A stretch of 64,000 bases of DNA, from NCBI RefSeq assembly GCF_006345805.1, contig NC_043007.1:13082001-13146000 (forward strand), in the 5' to 3' direction. How positions within the stretch are numbered: the first letter of the stretch is position 1; each line of letters begins with the position of its first letter. Below, one piece after another: positions 14,333-27,183 of the stretch. This stretch comes from Octopus sinensis. Taxonomy: Eukaryota. Position numbers and translations under genes: made by a program. Under the pieces are notes generated by a model. It did no database searches, was not told the DNA's origin, and saw only the letters and a program-made list of their open reading frames with translations.

Positions 14333-15215
14333 TTACGCATACATATTAAATATATATACATATATACATACATACGCACATACATATATATATATATGCA
14401 TATATATGTGTATATATATATATATCTATGTATGTATATATATATATATGTATATGTATGTATATATGTATATGTATGTATATATATATATGTATATGTA
14501 TGTATATATATATAGTTGTATATATATATATATATATAACTATCATACATACATACATACATATATATGTATATATATTATATATTACAATGTATGATAG
14601 CAGAAATAAGTGCATAATATGCATCTAAAAATTACAATTGCATTATATATGTAATAATTAATTATATATTATGCACAATTGTTTTGGATCTTTTCATTGT
14701 GAAGCCAGTTTTTCCAAATTTTTCCTACTGAACCAAACAATTTGAAACTTCGTATACTGGTCGAAGTGTCAAAAGTAAACTTAATTGTAAACCAGAATGA
14801 AACGGAATTGTAACTTCTAAGTTTACATTGTTTAATAATTAGAATTTTAACCAATGGTATTCCGTCTTTCGGCTTCATATTATTACTACTCCGTCTCGAC
14901 CACCAATTTTGGTGACGTAGTAACTATGGTATGTAAACAATGGGTTTAATATAAAGCGTTACGCATATCAGAAAATCAAAAAAAATGTGCGTAATAGGTG
15001 TAAAACAACTTCCTATGACGAATATGAAAAAAAAAATCGCGCACGCGAAAGTGGGGTGGGGGAGAGGCCTCGGAAAATTCACATCGGGAAGTTCCGAAGC
15101 GTCTGAGGGGCTGACCGGGAACCAAAACAAAAAAAAATAGTGTAATATGTGTAAAACAACTTGCTCTAAACGAATATGACAAAAAAAAAAATGCGCTCCT
15201 CGCGAAAGAGGGGTG
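11105..15215 (+). repeat. ~2.0-kb direct duplication on either side of the gap (11105-13115 and 13216-15215)
   Basis: Colinear identity throughout. Differences are mostly 1-3 bp indels and microsatellite length. Confidence 0.93.
13116..13215. other. Assembly gap (100 N)
   Basis: Exactly 100 N, a typical placeholder for a gap of unknown size. Confidence 0.99.
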
Positions 15216-15688
15216 GGGGAGAGCCTCGGAAAATTTATATCGGGAATTTCCGAAAGCGTCTGAACCGGGCACAAAAACCAAACACAAAACAGCGTAATAG
15301 GTGTAAAAAACTTGCTCTAAACGACTATCATGAAAAAAATGCGCGCTCGCGAAAGGGGGGGTGGGGGAGAGACTTCGGAAATTTCCCATCTTCGTAACAT
15401 ACCAATAACAAAACAATAACGATGAAATTTTTTACTCGGTTTATGTCACAAAACTGCTTTCTACGTCACCTAACAGAATGCAGTAACGTATTAAATATGA
15501 AAACAAGCAATCTCCATTGGTTAAAATTCGCAGTTTTAATTTACGATTAAAGTCATAAAATAGATTTTTTTCAAATAACTAGTTTCCATCTGTGTCTTGT
15601 TTTGAAACACTGTACCAGCATACGAAGTTTCAAATTATTTAGTTAAGTAGAAAGATCTGGGCTCCTGGCCACACAATTGAAAAGATCC
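14686..15688. mobile_element. Foldback-like element: diverged ~240-bp inverted arms around three ~155-bp tandem units
   Basis: Left-arm motifs GGATCTTTTCA, AATTTGAAACTTCGTATACTGGT, AATTTTAACCAATGG and GGTGACGTAG recur as reverse complements at 15460-15688. Internal units CGCGAAAG(A/G/T)GGGGTGGGG..CGGAAA start near 15043, 15200 and 15348. Confidence 0.7.
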
Positions 15689-16123
15689 ATTGTTTTTTTT
15701 TATGCGCGTAATACCCCGCTCCATGGTGCAAAAAAAGGTCGGGGATCGCTTCTGAAAGAGGACTAGTTGTAGCCCAAGGCCTAATTGTTAGTAAACCTTG
15801 TATTCAATGACATAAGCGGCAGCGAATACATCGGACAGTCTTCTTGTATTTAGTCTATGTGTCTCTATATTTCCAGACTTGACTCTGGCTGAGAACGCCT
15901 TTTATCTTTTCCTCCCTTGCGAGGTCGATGAAACATCTTGCCAAAAATATGCCGAAGTATATCGACTATGTCTCTCCCCAACCGCCCACCTAGAAATGTG
16001 CGACCTTGTGGCAATGTTGAGAAATCGTTAATATGATAATAGTATGCTTGCTAAGGGGAATAATCAATGACTTATATATATAGAGTCTATATTTATTATA
16101 AGATTTCTCTCTCTTTCTCTCTC

Positions 16124-16204
<81 letters not shown>

Positions 16205-16255
16205 GATATCACACACACGTACGTACACATATATATTAAGAAGATTAATTTGAAA

Positions 16256-16816
16256 TCTCTATATATAAAGCTGAAGTTGTCTGTGTATGGGAGGTTTGGC
16301 AGCCTTCAACTAACCTATATCTCCGAGACCCTGCGGCCGCAAGTTGACCAAAATTGAGAGTATGATAGAAGAAGGCTTGCTCTTCCTTTCGTAAAAGAAA
16401 AAATTAAAATCGGACCATTTAACACAAAAATTATTTAATCAAAAAGGTCCATTTTTTCTATGAAAATCCCTATTTTTTAACGATTTTGCCTTCAACTATC
16501 TCCTCCGAGACTGCGGCGCAAGTGACCAAAATTGAGAATATATAGAAAAGGCTTGCTCTTTCCTTTCGTAGAAGATAAATTCAAATCGGACCATGTTAAC
16601 AACAAAAATTATTGACATCAAAAGGTCCATTTTTTCTATGAAAATCCCTATTTTTTACGATTTTTGACGCTGTGTCGCCATTTTTCGGTGTTTTCAACCA
16701 GAAAAATGTTCACTTAAAGAATAACAGCTACATAATGCAAAATTTTTACTTTTCAAAAATTCCAATTCTAAAGGGTCGAAACAAACCCGAGCAACGGCGG
16801 GCGATACTGCCGCTAG
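16256..16816 (+). mobile_element. Non-autonomous Helitron with a different interior and an internal ~185-bp tandem duplication
   Basis: A|TCTCTATATATAAAGCTGAAGTTGTCTGTG ... ACCCGAGCAACGGCGGGCGATACTGCCGCTAG|T. The segment at about 16302-16488 is repeated at about 16490-16665. Confidence 0.8.
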
Positions 16817-16832
16817 TTTATATATAAGAATG

Positions 16833-17120
16833 GATCTCCGTCGGTTTTGACGATGCGTACTCAGTTGTTCGATCAGCTGAATTACATTCTCATTGAATTA
16901 GTGTGCCAGTGACAGATTATTCCTCGGACAAGTGTACCCTTAAGCGTATAATCTTTCGGTAGAATGAGTGTGGACACCGTTTCCGTCTACCTAATTTCAC
17001 AAATCAAAATTCGAGCCGATCTGAGGATACAGTAAATGAAACTTGCCAGAGATACCACGCAGTGGGATCGAAATCTTGACCTCATAATTAGTAAGCAAAC
17101 TTCTAAATCATTTGGCTACG
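16833..17120 (-). mobile_element. Old chimeric SINE (B-type head and core with tail X)
   Basis: CCACGCAGTGGGA and TTTCCGTCTACC (B type) are joined to GTGTACCCTTAA and CTCCGTCGGTT..GACGA (tail X). Heavily diverged. Confidence 0.5.
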
Positions 17121-17413
17121 CTATTGTTAATAAAACGATACTAATGTTTGTTTAAAATTTCAAAGGCTCCATGAATTGCAATTCGGCCTTCACACTTAAC
17201 GAATTTGATGCAATTTTTTCCCCCCATAAATGTCTCAAAAATTACACCGATTCTTAAATGCAAACTTGGACCTATATTACATACTTTAATACGCCCCCCC
17301 CTATTTTTCTTGCATATGCACTGAAGTTGGGGTGAATCTGCTATAGCCGTGCGCCTTTTATGCCATCAAATATGGAATGTCTTAAGTTCTGTTAGCCAGT
17401 ATTCATTCAACAA

Positions 17414-17812
17414 AGGCGGCGAGCTTGCAGAAACATTAGCACGCTGGGCGAAATGCTTAGCGATATTTCGTCTGTCTTTATGTTCTGAGTTCAAATTTCG
17501 CCGAGGCCGACTTTGCCTTTCATCCTTTCGGGGTCGATAAATAAAGTACCAGTTACGCACTGGAGTCGATGTAATCGACTTAATCCGTTAGTCTGTCCTT
17601 GTGTGTCCTCTCTGTGTTTAGCCCCTTGTGGGTAATAAAGAAATAGGTATTTCGTCTGTCTTTACGCTCTGAGTTCAAATTCCGCCGACGTCCATTTTGC
17701 CATTGATCCTTTCGGGGTCGATAAATTAAGTACCAGTTGTATACTGGGGTCGATCTAATCGACTGGCCGCCTTCCCAAAAATGTTGGGCCTTGTGCCTAG
17801 AGTAGAAAAGAA
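17414..17812 (+). mobile_element. SINE-A, full two-unit form, 14-bp TSD
   Basis: A and B boxes, core and tail. TSD TATTCATTCAACAA at 17400-17413 and 17813-17826. Confidence 0.93.
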
Positions 17813-18216
17813 TATTCATTCAACAACATTCTCAGTTTAAATTGTAAGCGAGCTGTCTATTGGTGCCTTTATTTTGTTTTATTTAGCTTCCGAAATATAC
17901 ATCATTAGTTACAAATAAAAGTTATGAACATATGTTGCTATTTAGCCGCAGGTCATTTCTGATGAAGCTAGTATACGATCAAAAGATATATCCACTGTAA
18001 CCGTGTAATACCAGCTGGTTTAACTCGACTGACTGGTGACTCTTTGAAAGCAATTCTGAAGTGTGGCGTAGTGAGATGTGATATTCTTATTTGCTTATCC
18101 AAAGAACAGCGGTGGTTCTTCAGTGCGGAAAGGTGAATAAGTCGAGGGTTAACGCGGTTAATATTTCGTTCGAATTATTTATTTTACTGGGTGTTTCAAA
18201 ACTTATAATTCGTTCT

Positions 18217-18300
<84 letters not shown>

Positions 18301-18310
18301 GTATGTTTCT

Positions 18311-18515
18311 GTTATCTTTTTCACTGGTTCTTTCATTGAACTGCGGCCTTGCTGGAACGCCGCCTTGAAGGGTTTAGTCGAACAATTCGACCTCAGTGCT
18401 TATTTTCATTCGTAAGTCTGGTATTTATTCAATCCGGTTCTTTTGTCGAAACCACTAAGTTACGGGGATATAAACAAACCAATTCCGGTTGTCAGACGCG
18501 CGCGCCCACACACAC

Positions 18516-18557
<42 letters not shown>

Positions 18558-18725
18558 TACATACACGATGGGCTTCTTCCAGAGCTTCCGCTTACCAAAT
18601 CTACTCAAAGCTTTCGACGACCCGGAGCTATGATAGAAGATACTTGGTCAAGGTACCACGCTGTGGGACCGAACCTGGACCATGTGGACGGGAAGCAAGC
18701 TTCATACCACACAGCCACACCTGCG
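18311..18725 (-). mobile_element. Diverged SINE-B
   Basis: Recognisable tail, middle, core and head with many substitutions. Confidence 0.8.
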
Positions 18726-18774
18726 CGTATATATATATATATATATATATATTTCTCTCTTCTCTCTTTTTTTC

Positions 18775-19722
18775 TCTCATTTACTTGTTTCAGTCATTTG
18801 ACTGCGGCGATGCTGGAGCAGCGCATTTAGTCGAGCAAATCAACCCCAGAACTTATTCTTTGTAAGCCTAGTACTTATTTTATCGGTTGTTTTGTCGAAC
18901 CGCTAAGTTACGGGGACGTAAACACACCAGCATCGGTTGTCAAGCGATGTTGAAGTCAAACACAGACAAACACACACACACACATATATATACATATACA
19001 TATATACGACGGGCTCCTTTCAGTTTCCGTCTACCAAATCCCACTCACATAGGCTTTGTCGGCCCGGGCTAAGTAGAAGACACTTGCCCAAGGTCCCACA
19101 CACGAACCCAGAACATGTGGTTGGTAATCAAGCTACTACCACACAGCCATCCTGCACCTATAATATATATAATATATAATAATACGACGGCTTCTTTTCA
19201 TTTCCGTCTACCAAATCCACTCACAAGCTTTGGTCGGCCCGAGGCTTTAGTAGAGACCCTGCCCAAAGTGCCACACACTGAACCCAGAACATGTGTTGTA
19301 ACAAGCTACTTACCACACAGCCCTCCTGCACCTATTATATATATTATATATATCATATATACGACGGGCTTCTTTTCAGTTTCCGTCTACCAAATCCACT
19401 CACCAGCTTTGGTCACCCGAGGCTATAGTAGACACTGCCCAAGGTGCCACGCAATGGACTGAACCCAGACCATGTGTGTTGTAAACAGCTACTTACCACA
19501 CAGCATCCTGCACCTATAGATATATATATATAGATATATATATATATATATATATATATAGACGGGCTTCTTTCAGTTTCCGTCTACCAATCCCCACTCA
19601 CAAGGCTTTGGTCGCCCGAGGCTATAGTAGAAGACACTTGCCCAAGGTGCCACCAATGGACTGAACCCAGAACCATGTGTTTGGTAAGCAAGCTACTTAC
19701 CACACAGCCACTCCTGCACCTA

Positions 19723-19757
<35 letters not shown>

Positions 19758-19936
19758 CTATATATACTCGGCTTCTTTCAGTTTCCGTCTACCAATCCCA
19801 CTCACAAGGCTTTGGTCAGCCCGAGGCTATAGTAAAGACACTTGCCCAAGGTGCCATGCAGTGGGACTGAACCCAGAACCATGTGGTTGGTAAACCAGCT
19901 ACTTACAACACAGCCACTCCTGCACCTTATATATAT

Positions 19937-19970
<34 letters not shown>

Positions 19971-20320
19971 ATATACGACGGGCTTCTTTCAGTTTCCGCT
20001 ACCAAATCCCACTCACAAGCTTTGGTCAGCCCAGGCTATAGTAAAGACACTTGCCTCAAGGTGCCAGCAGTGGACTGAACCCAAACATGTGGTTGGTAAA
20101 CAAGCACTTACCACACAGCCACTCCTGCACCTATCTATATATATATATATATATATATACGACGGGCTTCTTTCAGTTTCCGTCTACCAAATCCCACTCA
20201 CAAGGCTTTGGTCGGCCCGAGGCTATAGTAGAAGACACTTGCCCAAGGTGCCACGCAATGGGACTGAACCCAGAACCATGTGGTTGGTAAGCAAGCTACT
20301 TACCACACAGCCACTCACCA
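18775..20320 (-). repeat. SINE-B whose 5' half is amplified into 7 head-to-tail units separated by (TA)n
   Basis: One 3' half (about 18775-19000), then units starting near 19005, 19183, 19360, 19560, 19766, 19974 and 20158. Each unit runs ..GGCTTCTTTCAGTTTCCGTCTACC...CCACACAGCC..CCTGCACCT; the last ends in a variant. Confidence 0.9.
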
Positions 20321-20790
20321 CACACATATATATATTTATATATACTCTCTCTTTGTAAACTGGTGGCGATGTGAAAGAAATGAGAAACTGGCTTACACTT
20401 ACATTCGTTTTATGGTTGCTATTTAGAGCTTACTCATAATTTAAAATTATAGTCGCTTTCTATTTACGGATCAGATTCGCAACTCTGATTATATTTTGTA
20501 AATGATACGGATATATTTGCGCATTTGTATAATAAATCATTAGTGTTTTTGAAATATTATCAAGATGATGATTCATTTTTTTTTTTTTTTTGTCTTAATT
20601 TCTTAATTTTCGTTAATATGAATCCGTACAGAAAGTAGAGCGACGTCATTGGTTTTCAGAAAATAGAATTTTAATTTAAAGCTTAAGACATCACAGCGGT
20701 ATTTCTTCAGAAAGAAATATAAAATGCTTCTTTTCTTTTTCGTTTAGTGTGTAACCACACCCACATTGCAAATTCGAGGATTAAGGATTT

Positions 20791-21152
20791 TCGACGTTAC
20801 GGCGACGAGGGTTCCGGTTGATCCGATCAACGGAACAGCCTGCTCGTGAAATTAACGTGTAAGTGGCTGAGCACTCCACAGACACGTGTACCCTTAACGT
20901 AGTTCTCGGGGATATTCAGCGTGACACAGAGAGTGACAAGGCCGGCCCTTTGAAATACAGGTACAACAGAAACAGGAAGTAAGAGTGAGAGAAAGTTGTG
21001 GTGAAAGAGTACAGCAGGGATCACCACCATCCCTGCCGGAGCCTCATGGTGTTTTCGCTCAATAAACACTCACAACGCCCGGTCTGGGAATCGAAACCGC
21101 GATCCTACGACCGCGAGTCCGCTGCCCTAACCACTGGGCCATTGCGCCTCCA
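20791..21152 (-). mobile_element. SINE-C1 (tRNA-Arg-like head, tail X)
   Basis: The reverse complement starts GTGGAGGCGCAATGGCCCAGTGGTTAGGGCAGCGGACTCGCGGTCGTAGGATCGCGGTTTCGATTCCC (TCG at the anticodon-like position). Confidence 0.9.
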
Positions 21153-21723
21153 CTTTATTTACTACGTTATCACTTAAAATAGTTTTCTGAAATTACCGCA
21201 TTTGGAATTAAGAAACTACGAATATATGATCACACATACACACCCTATGACAGATACAATATATTTATAACTTGTCTGCATGTAGGGAACAGGTGGTATA
21301 AAATTCTCGTATGTATATATATATATATATATATATACGAGCAAAACACCCCCATCCAATGGACGTGGTTAGTTGTCAAAAATTTAAACCAAATTTTCTC
21401 AAAACAACTTGTCCGACCGTCCCATAGGCCTCCCTTTTGAGAAATACTGATTTAACCTAAATTTGAGACACCAGCAAAAGAAGAAATAAAGATAGACATT
21501 TTCTCGCGTACGCGAAGTATTGATCGCAACAGCTGATGTACTTGCGCATACAAATGCACGTTCCCACAGCTTTATCGATCGCATTCTCTCCTGGAATCGA
21601 TTTTTGTAATCTTTTCAAGAGTTATACACATCCTGATACCGTCGGTATCTACATATCAGATTTGAGCGCAATCGGATGGAGGATGCCCGAGATTCTAGAA
21701 GACACACACAGAGATAGAACGGA

Positions 21724-21771
<48 letters not shown>

Positions 21772-22043
21772 CACACACACAAATATATATGTATATATAT
21801 AGATCTAACGAAGTAAATGTTATGGCCGGTTATAGAGTGACCACTGGTTTCGACTTATAAAGCACATAACAATATAAGCAACACGTCAGGCTCAAATGGC
21901 CGTAGGCACATAACCTCTCTACAACTGAAAGAAGTAATACTTCACAGTCCGTTAATTTTGCAAACAAAAAGATATTAGTCAGTGCAGATAGGCCGCAGGC
22001 GGGTCACTATGACCGGAGCCGTGTAATATTTAGTGTATGTATG

Positions 22044-22074
<31 letters not shown>

Positions 22075-22076
22075 TA

Positions 22077-22584
22077 CTAGCAGTATCGCCCAGCGTTGCT
22101 CGGGTTTGTAAGGGAAATAACTATATAAGCATTTTTAGAGAGTTATTTCCCTTATAGATGCCAATTCGGGCTTTCTTAGCCATTTCTGTTTGGTGTCTTC
22201 AAGCCATGAAGTCGTTGTTCTAAAAGAACGCTGGTCTCCTTGACAACGCTTTACGACGTTGATTTCCTTACACCCCTTCCCCACAGCTTCACGGGAGGGA
22301 AGAAGGGGGAGAAGCAACACAGGTGCAGTGTGAGCATGGACGCCAACTCCGCCGCCATCGACCACGAAAAAATATGCATTAAAATGGAATAAAAAATGAT
22401 GTTAAATTATTGTTAAAATCGTAGACTCATCGTAGACGCGCGCTAATACCCAGACGGGCTCGATATGAATCACGACTATAAGATACCCGAATTTGGTTAA
22501 ACTGCACCGCAAAATGTGGGAGTAGTTATGAATCTAAATCGAAGGGGACAGACACTCACACAACTACAGTTTTATATATATAGA
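22077..22584 (-). mobile_element. Non-autonomous Helitron
   Basis: Minus strand reads A|TCTATATATATAAAAC...CCCG/TGGG subterminal hairpin..CTAG|T (5' TC, 3' CTAG, inserted between A and T). Near-identical to 32626-33138. Confidence 0.85.
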
Positions 22585-22768
22585 TATATATTACACTAGC
22601 AAATTTTAATCCCTCTCACAACGATGTTCTGAGGTGGTAGAATGGGCGGAATTTCGAAATAATAAGCCACCATTAGTAATATACTTTATTGTTGGTATTC
22701 AATCAATACTGAGATTATTTTCTTCGCATGTTCAGTGTACTTTACAGTAAAAATCTATAAAACTAGGG

Positions 22769-22805
<37 letters not shown>

Positions 22806-22816
22806 ATATATATATA

Positions 22817-23195
22817 TGGCACAGGCGTGGCTGTGTGGTAAGTAGCTTGCTTACCAAAAACATGGTTCCGGATTCAGTCCCATTCTATGGCACCTTGGGC
22901 AAATGTCTTCTAGTATAGCATCGGGCCGACCAAAGCCTAGTTAGTGGATTAGGTAGACGGAAACTGGAAGAAGCCCGTCGTATATATGTGTGTGTGTGTC
23001 TGTGTTTGTCTCCCATAATTCCTTGACAACCGATGTTGGTGTGTTTATGTCCCCGTGATATAGCGGTTCGGCAAAAAGAGATCGATAGAATAAGTACTAG
23101 GCCTACAAAGAATAAGTCCTGGGGTAGATTTGTTTGACTAAAGGCGGTGCTCCAACATGGCCGCGGTCAATTGACTGAAATAAATATAATAAAAA
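22817..23195 (+). mobile_element. SINE-B
   Basis: GGCACAGGCGTGGCTGTGTGGTAAG head through the CATGGCCGCGGTCAATTGACTGAAA tail. Confidence 0.9.
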
Positions 23196-23221
23196 AGAAT
23201 AAAAGAATGTATAGTTGAAAT

Positions 23222-23400
23222 TTACAGAAAAGCAAAAGACGAAAACAAAGTATATGAACAACAAGAAGGTGTATTACTCTGACCACTGGGAAAGTGAGAA
23301 AGTCTTTTACGTTTCGGGCCTACGCTCTTCAACAGAAAGGAATAAGAGAAAGTAAACAAAGAGGGATTATGAAATCTTGTGGATTTAGCGATCAAGCATA
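23222..23400 (-). mobile_element. Diverged Penelope-like short element with hammerhead motif
   Basis: Shares CAAAAGACGAA and the AGTCTT..ACGTTTCG.GCCTACGCTCTTCAACAGAAAG block with 31598-31865. Confidence 0.55.
23303..23339 (-). ncRNA. Hammerhead-like motif with variant core CUGUUGA
   Basis: Minus strand: CTTT-CTGTTGA-A-GAGC(gtag)GCCC-GAAAC-GTA-AAAG, with one mismatch in stem II. Confidence 0.5.
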
Positions 23401-23409
23401 TCGCGCGCG

Positions 23410-23466
<57 letters not shown>

Positions 23467-23611
23467 GAGTATGCCATGTTTTTCTAAGTAGAACTTGTGA
23501 CTCAAGTGTAATTAACGTTTCTTTCTGACCTGAATTTAATAGAACCACTTCTAGCTTTTTCTGTATTTTCCAAATGTCAAAGAATTAACTCAATTTCAGT
23601 CATATGTATGC

Positions 23612-23643
<32 letters not shown>

Positions 23644-23671
23644 TAATATAATATATATATATATATATATA

Positions 23672-24018
23672 TATTCTTTTATTTGTTTCAGTCATTTGAC
23701 AGCGGCCATACTGCAGCACACCGCTAAGTTTCGGGGACGTAAACATGCCAACACTGGTTGACAAGTGGTGATGGGGTACAAACACAGATACAAAACACAC
23801 ACACACACGCACACACCAACACACACACACCACACACACACACACTCCTCACACACACGACGGTTTTCTTTCAGTTTCCGTCTACCAAATCCACTCACAA
23901 GGCTTTGGTCGGCCCGAGGCTATTGTAGAAAATCCCTGCCCAAGGTTACACGTAGTGGGACTGAACCTGGGACCATGTGGTTGGGAAACAAGCTTCTTAC
24001 CACACAGCCACGCCTGTA
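23672..24018 (-). mobile_element. SINE-B
   Basis: Tail, shortened middle, core and head. Confidence 0.88.
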
Positions 24019-24835
24019 CCTATGTGTGTTTCTGTGTGCGTTTGTGTGTGAAATAGCTATCTAGGTATCATACTTAATGTATCTACACTGTTTATAAACC
24101 GTTATTGCGGTATCCATCCTGGGACAAGATCTGTTTTAGATGTGCTGTGCTAAAAGCACAGTAAATATTGGCGGGGAGACGAAAACTCGGCCCTGTATCG
24201 GCCAGCGGAAACTTTAGGTGCAATTCCACCTTTCAGGGTGCCCTTTAAGGACGGGTGCTCGCAGCCAGCCTCATACTTGAACGAGAAATCCTCGCCTCCA
24301 ATGTAAGAAAGAGAGAATAAAACGCTCAGCGCCGCCGCCGTCGCCGACGACGACGACGACGACAATGGCTCTGTAGATAACGGTTCAGATCAATGAAGTT
24401 GCGTGTTTCAAAAAAAAAAAAAAAAGTGTGAACGACATTGGATTATGTTAGAACTGAATTTCAATTAATTAATTAATTTTCCTAGACTCTGCAATCTTTC
24501 CGCTGGGTATTGCATAACAAATATTAATTTCAATTAATTAACGCTGCAAAAAAAAAAACGATACGCAATCAAAGGTGTCCAATTTCAGCTTTTCATTAGA
24601 GCGTGAAGTTTGCGAGATTAGAATATGTGATTTTAATATAATGTAAACCAAGACAGACAGAGCAAGAGTGATGATATGTTGTTTTGAAATAACTGTTGAT
24701 GTAAGACAGCGAGCAAGCAGAGTTTAAAGTTTCGCTGGGATTAAGATATATAAGATACGTACTGTGTGTGTGCGTGTGCGTTATGTGGTTTGTGTGCGCC
24801 CACGTATGTACATGGGCACACGAGAAAGTATTACC

Positions 24836-25064
24836 TATTTCTTTACTACCCACAAGGGGCTAAACATAGAGGGGACAAAAAAAGTCCAGACAAACGGCTT
24901 AAGTCAATTACATCGACCCCAGTGCGTCACTGGTACTTAATTTATCGACCCCCGAAAGGATGAAAGGCAAAGTCGACCTCGGCGGAATTTGAACTCAGAA
25001 CGTAACGGCAGACGAAATACGGCAACGCATTTCGCCCGGCGTGCTAACGTTTCTGCCAGCTCGC
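24836..25064 (-). mobile_element. SINE-A, one-unit form, 13-bp TSD
   Basis: TSD AGAAAGTATTACC at 24823-24835 and 25065-25077. Confidence 0.92.
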
Positions 25065-25376
25065 AGAAAGTATTACCAGTGTATGCGTGTGTGTGTGTGT
25101 ATGTGTGTGTACATGCTTGCATGCATACATACATATATACATAAAGACGAAATGGTTGATTCGCTAAAGCGTCGGACAAAGTGTCTTATAGAATTCGCTC
25201 CGGCCCTCTGCGCTCTATGTTCAAATGATGTCAAAGTCATTTTTGTTTTTCGTTCTTTCGAGATCGATAAAGTCACCAGTCTGCTACATGGACCAATTCT
25301 TCTCACACTCTTTTTTTACTTCTCTCTCTCTCTCTCTTTTTCTTTTTCTGTTTATCTGAATGCCTGCCCGCCCCTC

Positions 25377-25408
<32 letters not shown>

Positions 25409-25519
25409 CTCTCAGTAGAAAAAGAAGAAATCGGTTGATGTGAGACTTGGAGGGGAACAGACTCCGCCAGATCTAAGAATGTCCGAAGGGGCAATCTTAC
25501 AACTTTCATCTAGAGTTGA

Positions 25520-25790
25520 AGGCAGGCAGGTAGGCATAGATAGATAGATAGGCAGGTAGGTAGGTAGGTAGGCAGGTAGGTAGGTAGGTAGGTAGGTAGG
25601 TAGGTAGGTTGGTAGGTAGGTATGTAGGCAGGTAGATACGAACGATAGATAGATAGAGAGGTAGGTAGGTAGGTAGATACGAATGGTTGACAGATAGATA
25701 GATAGATAGATGCATGCATGCATATACACACATATATACATACAGTTACATACACACACATATACATACATATATATATACATACATGCA
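25520..25790. repeat. (TAGG)n/(TAGA)n/(CATA)n compound microsatellite
   Basis: Read directly from the sequence. Confidence 0.95.
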
Positions 25791-25935
25791 TACACCTGCA
25801 CACACATGTATATCAGAATGTATGATAAAAGAAAAAAAAATACTTAATAAATCCAACATCAAAGCGTTAAAGCATAATAAATGCTAACTTTAACTGAATC
25901 ATGAAAATAGTTAGAGCCACACACACACACACACA

Positions 25936-25994
<59 letters not shown>

Positions 25995-26502
25995 CTGACG
26001 CACGTGTATGTATGTATTAACACGAAATATGTCTTAATTACTGGGACACCGGAATGAGTATCTGGAAACTAATTAATCTTAGAAAGAATTAATTAAAACC
26101 ATCGTCAGCCTGAGTAACAGGTTTTATATCCAGGCACTGCCGAGGAGGCTAAATTTGTGAGATATCAATACCTGGTTGAAACATCACAGAATTCTGCCAT
26201 CCACGTTTGTACACGGCTGATGACTACATCAGCTGGGGTATTAGATATAGAAGACGGTTATAATAAATTCTCTTTTAGATAAGTTAAGTTATATAACATA
26301 CACGTATTTCTGTTTTAAATATGTTAGTTTATATAATAATATAGGTATGCCAAGCTCGCTGGCTATTCTGTGTTGTGAGGTGGAAGGATTTATAGAATTG
26401 AATTTGCTTCTGGCTGATCTGGAAATGGCAAATGAAGAAGCATTCGAAAAAATTTGTAACGCATAGATCTATTATATATGTATATATATTTGCAATATAT
26501 AT

Positions 26503-26638
<136 letters not shown>

Positions 26639-26760
26639 TTTATTAAACTTTTAATACTTTTGATATATATTTAAAATAATATATTAATTAATCTTATGTA
26701 TGGGCTTAAGTTTTTCACTGTTTGATTTGCCTAATAGTGGTTTTATCTCTAATTTAATAT

Positions 26761-26794
<34 letters not shown>

Positions 26795-26861
26795 TATATA
26801 TGTATATACATACATACACACATATATACACACACACCACACACACACACCACATATACAT

Positions 26862-26920
<59 letters not shown>

Positions 26921-26959
26921 TGTTTACAAACTCTAGACAGGTATCTTCAGCTGCAGGCC

Positions 26960-27167
26960 TTGCCTTGCTGCTCCAGACTGATGACGAGCAAGACTCAGAA
27001 ACTAGTCTCTGGATGCAGGCCTAGCTGTTGAGGGTGCTTGTCTCCCCTTTGTAAACATAAGGACACAGGAAATGTGTCAAGGCCGACAGGAAGCGTTGAT
27101 GCTTCCTAGGGCTAAATAGCGGTGGTGTATACTGTCACGTTAAGTTGACAGTATACAACTGCTCTAT
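26960..27167 (+). mobile_element. ~210-bp hammerhead-bearing interspersed element (Penelope-like or retrozyme-like)
   Basis: Homologous over its length to 36899-37115 on the opposite strand. Both copies lie beside (TA)n or (GA)n tracts. Confidence 0.7.
26972..27013 (+). ncRNA. Minimal type I hammerhead ribozyme motif
   Basis: Stem I TCCAGA/TCTGGA; core CTGATGA; stem II GAG-caaga-CTC with an extra C and A at its base; GAAA; palindromic ACTAGT stem III; GUC triplet with predicted cut after 27007. Confidence 0.75.
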
Positions 27168-27183
27168 TATATGCGGTTTTTCA

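Noticed and set aside
17962-17990. CTGATGAAGCTAGT as another hammerhead core
   Set aside because: No GAAA strand or closing stems follow.
18775-20320. Regularly spaced repeats resembling a CRISPR array
   Set aside because: The units are ~160-bp SINE halves with (TA)n spacers in animal DNA; there are no unique spacers and no cas genes.
21500-21735. Possible older Helitron-like element ending in a (TA)n tract
   Set aside because: The TC/CTAG termini and subterminal hairpin could not be identified with confidence.
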